This document shows, one piece after another, positions 23,372 to 35,409 of a DNA stretch of 64,000 nt. This DNA comes from Dipteris shenzhenensis (lineage: Eukaryota): NCBI GenBank assembly GCA_047967505.1, contig CM106538.1; one strand, written 5' to 3'. The translations under genes were made by a program, and so were the position numbers. Below the pieces are notes generated by a model, which was not told where the DNA came from, searched no databases, and saw only the letters and a program-made list of their open reading frames with translations. Position 1 is the first letter of the stretch. Every line of letters starts with the position of its first letter.

Positions 23372-26300
23372 ACCACAAAGAGGAATAGATAAGGGGCCAA
23401 AGGGCAGCCCTATCTCAGTCAACGGGAAAGAGAAAAGGTCTTGCCTATGTGGCCCCCAATAATCACCTAGCTAGAGCTGCATGCATAAAGAGCTGAAAGC
23501 CCTCTGATCCATCTCTTCAAGAAGCTGGGTCTTTGCATAGTCCCCTCTAAGAAGGACCACTCCACTCTATCATATGCCTTCTTGAAATTGAGAAGAATGG
23601 TGAGAGGTTGCAGATCCTCCCTGTCTAGTCCACTGCCTCCCAGAAAGTGGAGATATTATCCAAGATGCTATGCTCCTAGATTGTGTCTCATGAATGTTGT
23701 CTGGAAGGTGGGGTCTTAGACATTGGCTCAAGACTTTAGCCAAGATCTTGTAAGTTGTGTCAAGAAGAGAGATCGAGCTTCACTGATGGATACCTGATCT
23801 ATCTCTCCCCGAATCAAGCATTTCCAACCTCTGCTCAAGGAATGTGGAAGGGATCCAGAATCAAAGACCTCCTGGTAGGCTAACCTGGGTGAGGTGGAGA
23901 TAGACTCCCAGAAGCATTGAAAAAAGCTCTGAGTCAGGCCGTCCTATCCTGGACACTTCTGGGTTGGAAGAGCCTGCAAGGCCTCCCACAACTCCTCATC
24001 AGTGAAGTGCGCTTCTAGACATTTGCTAAGACTCTGTGAAACAACTAAGGGGAATTGTTCCCAAACTGCCTCTCTAGCCAGAAGAGTGGTGGGGGAGGCC
24101 TTCTTTGATTAAAAGAGCTAGTAGTAGAAGGCCGTAGTCATCTCGAGGATCTCCTGAGAGTCTATGTGCATATGCCCCTACGAGTCCTTGAATCACTACA
24201 ACTGGATCATTGCAGAGCATGGCCATGTGGTCTATAAAAATTCCATGGTCATCATGTTGCCCTGCTAGACTCATTTGGCCCCAAAAGAGTGGTATGAGAA
24301 CTCTGCTCTATGGACCTCCAAATCTAGTAGCTCTAAATGCGCACACTCCAGACAGTCCCTAAGCCATTAGGATCCCAAATCTTGCTCCTTGAGTCTCTCA
24401 ATAGACTCTAGGTCTCGGCGAAGAGCTCTCTCCCGTTGCTCCTAAAGAGCAACTCTCCATCTAAGAGCCTAGCACTAGAGCCCTTTGCTAAATCCTCTTA
24501 GCCACCCATGCCATCCACCCCTTGTCGGGTATGTGTTCGAGCTATCTCAAGAGCTCTACTATCAATTGCTGGACATCCACCTCTTGTAAAAGATCATCTG
24601 GTATACGAAACCCCTTTTGGGAGAGTCCATGACGGGGCTTCTCTAGGTGAAGAACCGCTAGAGAGTGGTTTGACATTGTAGTACCTGCTAAAATGGCGAT
24701 GGAGCCGCATCAGAGTAGAGACCAATCACTAATATAGAATTTGTCAAGGCACTCTAGTAGCCCATCATGTTGCCGCTAGCAAAGGAGCTGCCCGGAAGCC
24801 TGGTAAACTCAGGCTCGCACTATGGATCCCTGCCTTTGATCACAAAAAATTAACTGCTCCTAGGTACTCCTCTCCCCAGCTGGCATCTCTGTGAAAGAGG
24901 CTCCTCCATGCTTATCCTCCATGAACTCTAGGTTGTTGAAGTCACCTCCAACAATACATGAGTCCACCTTTGTGAGGCTATTTGTGAGCCAGGCACTACT
25001 ACTGGCAAGCAGATGCATACACATTCAAATACCAATCTAGGCCTCTCCTGTCTGAAGGCCCACCATCCATATTGCGCAATCTAGAATTTGTGCAAAGGCC
25101 TTTGGGGCCAACGCTTGGGATGTCGAGATGCATACCCCTCCGCTCTTGCCAAATTGATGGACGAAGGAGAAGGTGATGTCAGCTTGTGATGTCTATTGCT
25201 GAGAACATGTGCTCCTAAACCAAGAAAAACTCAACTGGCCTACCTACCATAGCCTGCTACTATTCCTGATGGAGAATCACATACTACGGTTGGCTACGTG
25301 CATGATCATGAAGCCTGTGCACATTCCAACTCACCCCCGTCAATATAAAGGAGATGGGGTAGTAGTGAACAAGGCTTGCTATTCGTAGGAGCCTGCTCTA
25401 GGAAACTAGACTTAGCGACTTTGCAATGGGTTTAGATGGAGCAGTGTTACCATTGGCTCAATCCATACCCTCCGTGCCCAATACTGCATGACAGAAACAT
25501 CTATGCAAAAAAGGTCAGCGCATTGCTAGATCATCGGAGTTGTGTGAGTACCACCTCTGGTGGCAAGTGGATCATTGCTATTGCCAAGCTTGGCTTTGGC
25601 TTCGCTGGGAAGAAGAATGTGTGGAACCACCATGAGTGAGCCAAAGATCCATGCCCTGAGGTCCCATCCGCTCGTCCATCATCTCATTGAAAAGCTCTCA
25701 TGTCCACTTCTCCACCCCGGTGGAAGCAAATTGGAGGATCAAAGTGGGTGGGCGCGGGAGCAAGCGGTGGAGGCAAGGGTGGGGGAGAAGTGGACGAGGG
25801 TTGTGGAGAGGGGGCTAGGAGGTTCGGGGGGATGGGGGATGCGGCTGTGCGGAATCTGCTGCTGCTGTCATAGTAGGTCATTACAGTGATGGCACTTGCG
25901 GCCTCTAAGCTCCTCCTCCCAAACTTTGAGAATGGTGAGTCAAGGGGGCCATGGTTACTAGTGCTCTGGGAGTCTTTGGTGCTTGCTCCTACCGCTAAGG
26001 AGGATTTGGTAGGCAAGAAGTCTCGCCCCTAGAGAGGCCTGAAGAAAGTTTTGAGGTCGAGGGCAATCTCTCCGGGTCTCACGATATGCCTACCTATGGG
26101 CCTCCAACCTAGTCTCCTTGTTACTGCATAGGTGCCTGTGCTCGCCTCTTATGATTGGCGCATTGTCATTGGTTCTTTTTGGCCCACTTGCTTCGCTTCT
26201 TTTTCCCGACCTTGGTCCATCTTCACTCAACCCAGGGGGTTTGGGACTCTGCTGCTACTGTGTTTGTGTGAGTGACCTCCAGGTCCCATCCTCTCTCATG

Positions 26301-27140
26301 TCACTATGTTGTCCCTATGACTCTTGCGAGGAGGGATGGGCCCTACTCATGCCTCTCGTACAATCTTTGGCTAGGTTCCCCTTCTGCCTGCACCTCAAAC
26401 ACTGACCTGATAATTCGGAGACCTCCAATCTCTAGGGTGAAGAGTACCTCCCTCCAAAGTTTCCAAGAGAATCACCTCTGGGAGGGCATTCAGGATTTCT
26501 ACCACCAGCCCAAGTCGAGGAACCCTGTCATCTTACAACTACCACTTTCGACTCTAGAGGGTACTCTAAAACCGTGCCAAAATCTCACCCAAGGGAAGGA
26601 AGGATGGACCTTTATTCCCTCGGAATCCTCGGGAAGCGAAGCATCACTGGAAAGCATGGAACATGGTGAGTTGAGTCTATGTCCTCAATCATAAATCCAT
26701 AATACTAAGGGATAAGATACACCACATGAGGACCCATGAGAATAGGACTTCTCTCCATGAGAGCCAGAGCAATCTCAAGCTGGAGGAGGAAAACACCACA
26801 TCAATAGATAATGACCTCCTGGATGTGGTCACCATCTAGTGCCAAGCTTGCCCGGATCCAGCGCATAATCTGTCTCCTAGAGGGAGTGAGGCTGACTATC
26901 GTGCCTATGGCTGCCCTGTCCTGTAAAGATTCACTGCCTGCTATACCTGTTGCTTATTTGTTGGTGAAAGAACAACTTTAACAGCCGGGAGAGTTGAGGG
27001 TGCTAGCATAGGGCTCCTCTGGCCAAACTAAAGTTCACCATCAAGAGTCGCAATCACTAGGAATGAGCAATAAACAGCACCTCCCACAAAAGTCGGGAAA
27101 CTAGAAGGAGAAGAAGAAAGAAGGAAAAAGAAAGTGCCTA
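23372..27140 (-). mobile_element. Degraded L1 (5' UTR, ORF1, EN, RT up to motif B); 3' end missing
   Basis: SWNVHRLHD EN start near 25330 and GCPLAPYLFLFV at 23372-23410; collinear with the L1 at 48075-54290. Confidence 0.88.
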
Positions 27141-29136
27141 CGAGAGGAAAGACTACCAAGAAACTCGTCCCATCGAAGTTGGAAAACAACCCCGGTGTTC
27201 CTTCACAAGCAAGCTCTCAATCTTTGAAAAGATAATGGAATGCACAAAATGAAGCTGCTAAGAGAAGGAGCGAGCCACCAAATGACTTTGAAGCGCTCCA
27301 CAAACTCACAAGATGCCTGGAGTCTCCTTTGATCGATGAAAGTGAAAGCTGGAGTGGACTTGTGCCAAAGGAGATTCTGGCTAAGCCACAATGGGATGAG
27401 GGTCACCTTTGTACTCGAGAGCAGCTCCATGTAGTGAGCTACAAATCGTGGGCTGGCGCGTGCTGTAAACAATGGCCATGGGTTGGAATTGTGTTTTTAC
27501 TACACAGAAAATCTCTGTGTAGCAAGGCGTATGTGAGACTTAGAGTGAGTTTAATTATGTTTTTGTTGCAGGAAGCAAGGTGTCTATAAGGCTTAGAATA
27601 AGGGTTCTCAAAAAACCCGGGTTGAGTGTGAGGTGAAGAGGAGAATTTGATTTTTGACATGAAGGGGAAAAATTGGTCACAAAAACCTGTACTATTTTTT
27701 TACGACAGGAAGATTAGGGAGATGTTTGGGTTTTCTCACATCCCCTTGAGCCACATGTCATGAATCTAAGCCCTTGATATGGTTTCATCTTATGCCCTTG
27801 ATTTCATTTGATGTAAAATCTAGCTTTAGACTAAAGAACTAAAAGCATATAGGTGCTTTTCACAATAACAAGACTATATAAACATTTCAAACCTATTTGA
27901 TTTGAAGAGATGGTCTACTTGATTTGCAAGTTTGGGCTTATTAGCATGTGAAGCTTTGGAGAGCCTCGCGATGTCCTTATGCTCTACTCTCACCTAAAAG
28001 CTCGACTTACTACAATGATCGAGCTTCCATGTTCCCGAGGTTGCAGAGGCACGTAACGCTGGCTAAGTGGAGAGTGAGAATGTTACGTGCTCTACTTTGG
28101 ACTTCCTCTAATGGTAGTTGTCTTTTTGTGCTATCCAGAGTCTACTGAATGATTTGAGAATGTTGGAATCATCCCACTCAAGGACGCATGCAGATCCTCT
28201 CATGGCGAGTTTTTTGGATATTATCTTTGGGTTCGACTACAATTACGACTATTGACATTCAGATAATATGCCAGTTTCTTATCCATTCGCGAGACTTATC
28301 CTGGGCGCTAATATTCTCAACGTTTATATTCTTGGCATTATCTTAGCACCCAAGGAAGGGCTCATTCCCTCAGATTATAACTCTTTGGGGAAGGAAGCGC
28401 GCTACATCCCCTGCCCACACTCTGTGGTTATAATAATTATATATTATATATTATAATATAAATATTTTTAATTACTAGTCCATTCAAAATTGCTTGTTTT
28501 TAATTTGAATTCTTACAACATTCCTCTCGTTTAATGCATGTTATCGATGCAAGGGAGCAAGGAAATCGAAGATGGATGCAAGATTCAAGGATGATTACAC
28601 CTTTATGTGACAATATTGTAAAAACTGCAACGAGGATCAGTTATTGTATTGCCTTATTCATGCATTTGTTGGACTTCAGCTTCCAGAATATGGACATCAC
28701 AAAATATATAATAAATCACCACCCCTGACATTTGCAGGGAGGGTCGGGTCCTGACGGACCCTGTGTCGCGTCTGATGTCCATTATTTTACTCATTCTCTT
28801 TTTTCCTTAAACAATTGATAAAATAGAAGGATTCAACTTCGATTTCGAGTTAGTAGTTACTTGCTCCATGATGGAAAGACCCTTGACGTCCGCAAATCTA
28901 GTTTTGCAAATATACTTATAAATTGTGGGAGAACCTCTAAATTTATCACCAATGATGAAAATTTCTTGAAGTGGCCAAAATACAAAAAGAGCTGAGGTTT
29001 AGTGGCTTGGGCGTGATATGTATGATAAGCATGAGAGGTTTGCAATTGTGATCATTGGAGGCACCCTAAAGTCTTGACACACTTGAAGGCGGCTAGAATT
29101 TGTGTGCAGCTGAAGGAGTCTCCCAGCGAAATCATC

Positions 29137-29277
29137 ATGGAAGAGAAGTCGGAGGGCAAACAATCCAACGCTTCCGACAGCCATCCACCTCTCCGACCTA
29201 GTGATTTCACCATCTTAAGAGAAGGGAAGGCTGAGATTTTGATGCACGGGAACGATGTTTTTTATAATAAAGCTCAG
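29137..29277 (+). CDS. TRM1: tRNA (guanine(26)-N2)-dimethyltransferase, exon 1
   Basis: MEEK...FTILREGKAEILMHGNDVFYNKAQ then GT (phase 0); the EG.A.I...VFYN..Q motif is characteristic of Trm1. Confidence 0.93.
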
Positions 29278-30284
29278 GTTTCCGACTCGAATCTCATAGT
29301 TTGTCGACCTCGTCTTCATCTTTTAATCTCCGAAATATTCAAGTTGGCCTGGCCAGGCTTTTTAAGAAGGTTGCGTTTTACATTAGACGTGCGGTTTTCT
29401 TGCGTACCATTACAATCGAATTTTGCTTCTTTGAGCTCAAAGCTAGAGAATACTTAGCATGTGAACGTTCGACGGCTTGCATAAAAAGCCAGATAGTTCG
29501 GGCAACGGATTTGCCAACAAGGGTAATCAATAAAAAGCGCTGGGGCTGGATGGCGGTGCCACTCGATGTTTGGCTAATGGAATGGACAATAAATAATGCT
29601 TCCGCTGCTAGAACTTCCAAAGGGTGTGAATGAGCTTAGCGAAATGTCTCTTGTGACATGTGTTGGGTAGTGGCCTCCGTCGTGTCAGACTGCCATATAA
29701 TAATTGAATGCCACATCCGCATGAAAAATGGCTGCTTACTATTGTCTGACCCCTTCTCCCCATTGGCCTCTTCATGTACAAATGGAAGCTCGCTTGTTGT
29801 TCACTATAAACTGGAGGCATTTAATGGCTAGTCTTACCATTCCGCTATTACTGGTGAAAACATTATTTTCAGCATGCTTGCGTTGTACTTTGAATTGGCT
29901 TTGGCAAAGGCATACATTTGTTTTTTAATCATTAATGTGCATCCTCTCTAGGATTTGTCACAATCTATGTGGTGAGCTGTCCAAATATATTGAAATATCT
30001 CACGCACAAGGCGGCATTACAGCTAAAAATATTTTGGACTTTAGATCTATAAAAATCTATAACTGAATTTGTACGATGGATATATTCTAGTCTTACAAAG
30101 GTATATTTTTCTATCTCCTTAGCGGGCATGAAAATTTGTTGAATTTTCGTCCAAGCGGTGATCAGCTGTTCAAATATCTTACGTGGGCTCAGAAGCCCCA
30201 ACATCTGAAAATATTTTGGATTTTAAATCAACAAAAATCTAAATCTAAATTTGTACTATTGGATATATTATAGTCTTACAAAAG

Positions 30285-30311
<27 letters not shown>
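30285..30311. repeat. (TA)n microsatellite
   Basis: Seen directly. Confidence 0.95.
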
Positions 30312-30318
<7 letters not shown>

Positions 30319-30353
30319 ATGACTAGATCCTTTCATATATCGATGGTTACTCT

Positions 30354-32368
30354 TGTGAAAGGGCATCCCTATGGACAGAACATCTCCATATCGTGATGAT
30401 CTCAACGTCTAAACGGCAGAGAATGCAAATAGAAGAGAAGACAACGCAAGTAAGCAAGGGAATCTGGCCAGGATTGGCTACGACGTCCTCCAGTGTTTCA
30501 TAAAGACTTTGGATTACAACTGCCTCTAACTGCTTTGTAGTACAGGACTTATGTGAATTGGTTCTTCGATAGTTGGACTCCTACATGACAGATGTCACTT
30601 GATGATTTAGCACCTCACGTCTTCCCTCCCCCACAAAATTTATGGTCCTCGCAAAGAAAGGTTTGATCCGCGAGACATGAGCTGTTGTCCTGGTCTTCCT
30701 TGCTGGTGAACATATCTGGATGGCATAAGTTGTTGGACCACCCTGCTGCAGGATTTGATATGGTCCAATCCATTTTATCATAATCTTGAAGAAAAATAAT
30801 CCATCTAGCTAATCTTTTTTGAAGCTGTCTTGGTTTATTATATTCAAAGCAGCATGGTCTGTTTGTATTTCAAAATGTGAACCATGGACATATGCATGAA
30901 TGATGAAACTTTGAAACTGCCAATACAACTGCGAGGCATTCCAGTTCAGTCACCAAGTAATTAGATTGTTGATTTGACAAAGACTTGCTGATGTAAGAGA
31001 TTGGTCTTCAGATCTTGTTGCATCAAAACTGCGCCAAGGCCTTGTTCAGAAGCATCAGCTGGGACAAGAAAAGGTTTATCGAAATCTGGATGTCGTAGAA
31101 GGGCATCCTTGTTCTATTTTTTTCAAATGCTCCTCGACATTCGGTTGTCCACTCACATGGTACATTCTTCTGTAATAATCTTCGAAGAGGTGCAGCTTTG
31201 AAGACGACGACGGAATAAATCTGGAACTGAATCCAGTCATTCCCAAAAATTTGTGAAGCTGGTTGGCATTTGTTGCCAATTGGCATTGGAAAGTTGAATA
31301 GTGCACGTAGCTTAGCTGGATCGGGACATACACATTTATAGGAGATAATAAAGCCCAAATATTTCATTTCAGTTTGAACCCATCTGCATTTCTTAGCATT
31401 CAAACGTAGATTGTATTACTAGAATTGACGAAGAACCTGTTCCAACACAGTTAAATGCTCTTCAATTACTGCATCATCAAAGAAAACAAGAAACTTTTCG
31501 AGAAGATTAGATCAAGCCTTTGAAAAGTAATTGGAGCAGTACCAAATGGCATCACATTAAATTCAGATGCTGTTCTGACTGCGGTTGTCTGTTTATCTGA
31601 TTCTTTTAACTGGAATTTTCCAAATAACACAGATTTCAGATCCAACGTTGAAAAGAATTTTGAACGCACCAGAGAATCTACGAGATAAACATCTCTGACT
31701 GCCACCTTATTGACTGGCCTGAAATCAAGGCAAAACCCTCTACATCTTGTCTTCTTTCTTTACCAGATAAGGCTGGCATTACCACGGACTTCTCGAATGT
31801 CTGATGATGCTGTCATTTAACATACTTATTGATCACTTTATACTTCTGGAGATCATCTTCTTGTGGGACAGAAATTGGTGGAGAATCTCTTGTAATCATT
31901 TCATGGAACACTTTGGCTGTTGTGGCAGTTGGCTTGTCATTAGAGAATGCATTCAGAAACTTCCCGAGTAAAATGTCAATCTTTGATCGATTGAAAACAT
32001 CTACCATGACAGTACCTGAAGAGAACATGATAGAGAATTTATAATGTAATTGGACAATTTTGTTGAGGAAGGACCACGGCTGCTGGGACCCAATTTTGAA
32101 TTCCTAAAAGAAATTATTACATTCGCAATGGACAAAAGTTTCGGAATACCACAAAAGCAATTGATGATTTGTGGGAGAATTGGGAAGCTGGAAAGACTTC
32201 TCCCCTATTTCGCTAGCTCATCTTTTCCCATACTAAGTTATGAGAAGAGGAAGCATTTACTACAACTGGACGTTTTGAAAAGGTGGAGGGAGCCTACAAT
32301 ACTTCCTTACATGTCCACACCTGTCAGAGTTGTAGCAATAAGGATGACCATTCGGATCTCGGTTTGGC
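30354..32368 (-). mobile_element. Old Ty3/Gypsy element A, pol half (degraded), with probable 3' LTR 30354-30619
   Basis: FSTLDLKS, FNVMPFG, KYLGFIIS, TDHAAL, KWIGPYQI...AHVSRIKPF. PPT complement CTTCCCTCCCCCAC at 30621; LTR edges TGTGA...TCACG. Confidence 0.85.
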
Positions 32369-33396
32369 TGTCACGTGGACGTGAATTTATAATTTTGATT
32401 TTGCGACTCTTGTAATTTACGTGTGACTACCTTGAGCCTCTAGGGCACGAAAGTCTGGCCACATGTGCGGGACTTGGGGAATTAAAATTCCTAGTGGGCC
32501 CTTAGAAATTGTGAATGTTCAAGCCAATTACTAGGCAATTAATTCCTAGGACCAATGTGTGCAACAGAGGGACAAAAGAGTGGTGCAATCAAAAATTACT
32601 ATTTTTGGTTTGAGACTCCAAAAATAGCACAGGACACTAGTTTGGCATGCAGGGGGCCAAATTCAAGCCAGAAGAGAGAGAAAATCAGTCCCAACTTTCT
32701 TGGACAGGGTGTGTGGACAGGGCGACTGGTTTTTGGCCGAGTTTCTGGTCTTTTGCTGCTGTTGGTGACCTCCAGGAGGCAGGGCGACCTGTTCGGAGGC
32801 TGTGTCTGCTATTGGAGGCTGAGTAGGAAGTGCTGTGAGTTCTCTTCAGGCTGGTTTTGCTGTTTTCTGGGCTCCAGGAGGGCTGTAAACTCTTCTATAG
32901 GCTGATTTCACTGATTTCTGGGCTTTAGGAGAAGAGACGACCCATCCTCTTGCTTCCCGGGTTGCAGACAGGCTGCAAGAAGAGGAGCGACCTGTTTTTT
33001 GGCAGATTTCTATCATCTACTGTTGAGTTAGGGCCTTTTCTAGTTGGGCGACTTGTTTTGGAGCTGCCTTTGGGCTGTGCTAGGGCTGAATCATCTATTC
33101 TTTGCTGAATTCAAGGTTTTTCAATTCAAACGACTTGATTCCTATGGATTCTGGGTAAGGGAAGGCTAGTTTTTGCCCGCTTTTGCCGTGTTCGGATTGG
33201 TTGTTGGCTGGTTATTGTGTTTGGTATTGTTTCTAGGTAGAGAAAGGCTGATTTATGTTGTTGGGCAGTGGCTAGGGTGACTACAAATAGGGGCGACCTG
33301 TTTGGAAGGGTTTTCCTAGCTGGTTGTGTCAGAGTTTTGGCTGTCTTTGGTTTTTCTGCAATTGTTTAGCCGTGTTTGGCTGGTTGGGCACTTTGT

Positions 33397-34948
33397 TGTC
33401 ACGGGGATTGTGCAAATAAACCCGTGGACATTGAAAAAATCCCTAAGGGGCACCCACTAATTCCTAGGTGCACCCACTAGGCCCAAATGCTAGGGGCAAG
33501 GCAAGGTTTAGAGGGGTCATAAAGTTGGGCCCAAGGGAACCCAAAGTGTGTCATTGGTAGGAGGGTTAGGGACTTTAATGAGCCACATGATAGTTCCTCT
33601 GCGTCATGCATTCTGAGGCGGTTGGCTCGCAAAGTGAGGCTGCGCGCATCTCAATTATCTCCTTGGTTGCTTTCCATACGAACTATACGGCCTTCTATAC
33701 GGGTACAACCTTTCGTATGGATTGTATGGAACTTCTTGCGTGTTTTTCGAGGCATTTGCTGCTATTGTACGGTTCTTGGCACAAGTCTCGAGACACATTA
33801 ATTAACCGTACTGACTACGGATGATTTGCACGCCACCCGAGGTGACTTCACCGCTCATGTACTAACCTTTTGCTGGCTGTACGGATAGATTTTCTAGATT
33901 GCACGGACTGTGTTACGACTGATTGTACAAGCCCCTTGCTCACACCTCGAGGCAAATTGACGGCTGTTTTATCTCTTTCTCCTGTCCGTGATCCTCCTGC
34001 TCTCTCTGTCTCTCTGTCTCTCTCTCTCTCTCCCATTCCATCATGTTCTCTCTCCCTCCCAGTCGCTTACTTCTCCTGCAAGCCTTTGCCTGATGGGTGT
34101 GTTCTCCCTGGGAGGTGAATCCTTCTTCATTTGCTACTCTTGTTCATGGTTGAGGGTCACTGTGCACCGTTGGGAGTCTGGACAGGGGATAGGTGCGAGG
34201 GTAGAGCTCGCCCCTCTTCCAAGGACAGCGGGTACGATCATTCTAACCCTCTTTTATTTTCCATTTTGTCATTTTTGGAAGCTTGTTATGCATGTGGTTA
34301 TTCGAAGTTTTCCCTTTGGCCATTCAGGCTATGGACAGACACCTAGTTACAAAGGGTGTGCCTAGATCTATGCCAGAGGGGCAGTGTGTGGATTTCTTCC
34401 TGCTTTGAGGTCACGTGTGCAGTTTGAGATCTGTGTTGATGCAATGTTGCCTTGAGAGGCTGGACATTGACTCGTGGGACTGCCAAACCTTGTGAAGCAA
34501 GCTGGATGCCTTGTGGAATGCCTGGACATCTTTGCAGTGGACCCAAACAGTGAGGAGATGCCTTAACCTCGCCTTGATAGTTGGGAGCTAGTGTGTGTAC
34601 TTGGGAATTGGATGCAGGTTGAGACCAAGCATTGGATCAGAGAGTGGAGTTGCCATAAACATAGTACAAGGACGAGCTCTTGTTGTAAAGCATTTTTCAT
34701 TTTCAGAAGAATTAAACAAATATCGAAAGGGACGCCAAGGTGTTGGGGTCAGTGGGTGTCTCGTGTGACGTTTCATTGAGCAGGGGCACTCTAGCCTCCG
34801 TTCAGTTATTCTCAGTTCATTTCTAAGTGTTTTTCAGTGGCAATTAATTAATAATAGTGATTGGGAATGATGCAATGCGGCTCTAAAAGGTGTGAATGCT
34901 AAGATAGTTAGGGTTTATTGCCCTTTAGTTAACTGAAGGTCGGTTTCA
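33397..34948 (+). mobile_element. Solo LTR (1552 bp) nested in the 5' LTR of element B
   Basis: TGTCACGGGG...GGTCGGTTTCA flanked by TTGT/TTGT. It is absent from the 3' LTR, where the site reads CACTTTGTTATGCAGG. Confidence 0.85.
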
Positions 34949-35343
34949 TTGTTGTGCAGGTGCAGTAAGCAGGTTATGCCTTTGGGTACTTTTACACGCT
35001 TGGTCAGAAGGAAGAGTGCATGATTGCCTAGTGATTGGATGCATATTCGTCATATAAGTTAAGCAAGAATTGTTGGGTGTGTAGGATATTGGAAGTCTGT
35101 GGGCAGTGGTTTGCCTGTGGTGCAACTTTCAGGATACCTTGCAATCAGCCTCTTGGCTTTACACTGAATATGAATACCGCAAGGGACGCAAATATTTGGG
35201 GCCAAACGGTGTCTTTGTTTTTGAGTAGGAGCGCTCTAGCTCCCTGTGATTTAATCTGTAGTGATTGATGATTTGATTATTTACTGTGTATGCTGTGGTT
35301 AAAGTGGATCTTACCGCATTTTGATTAGTGAAGGCCGTTTTCA

Positions 35344-35360
35344 TGGTTCCATCACCAGGA
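35344..35360 (+). promoter_or_regulatory. Primer-binding site of element B, tRNA-Glu-like
   Basis: TGGTTCCATCACCAGGA directly after the LTR-terminal CA. It equals TGGTTCCGTCGCCGGGA (complement of the plant tRNA-Glu 3' end as I recall it) with three CpG-to-CpA changes. Confidence 0.7.
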
Positions 35361-35409
35361 TCCACCTAACTTTTTCAAGAGGTGAGCCTGTAGTTGGCTT
35401 GGTGCAAGT

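Noticed and set aside
28722-28765. Small hairpins upstream of TRM1 (CCCTG..CAGGG, GGGTCC..GGACCC) as a Helitron end or regulatory site
   Set aside because: Stems of 5-6 bp are expected by chance and there is no CTRR terminus at the right distance.
29035-29136. N-terminal targeting extension of TRM1 from an upstream start
   Set aside because: The frame is open only back to a TGA at 29032 and has no ATG; non-AUG initiation cannot be supported from sequence alone.
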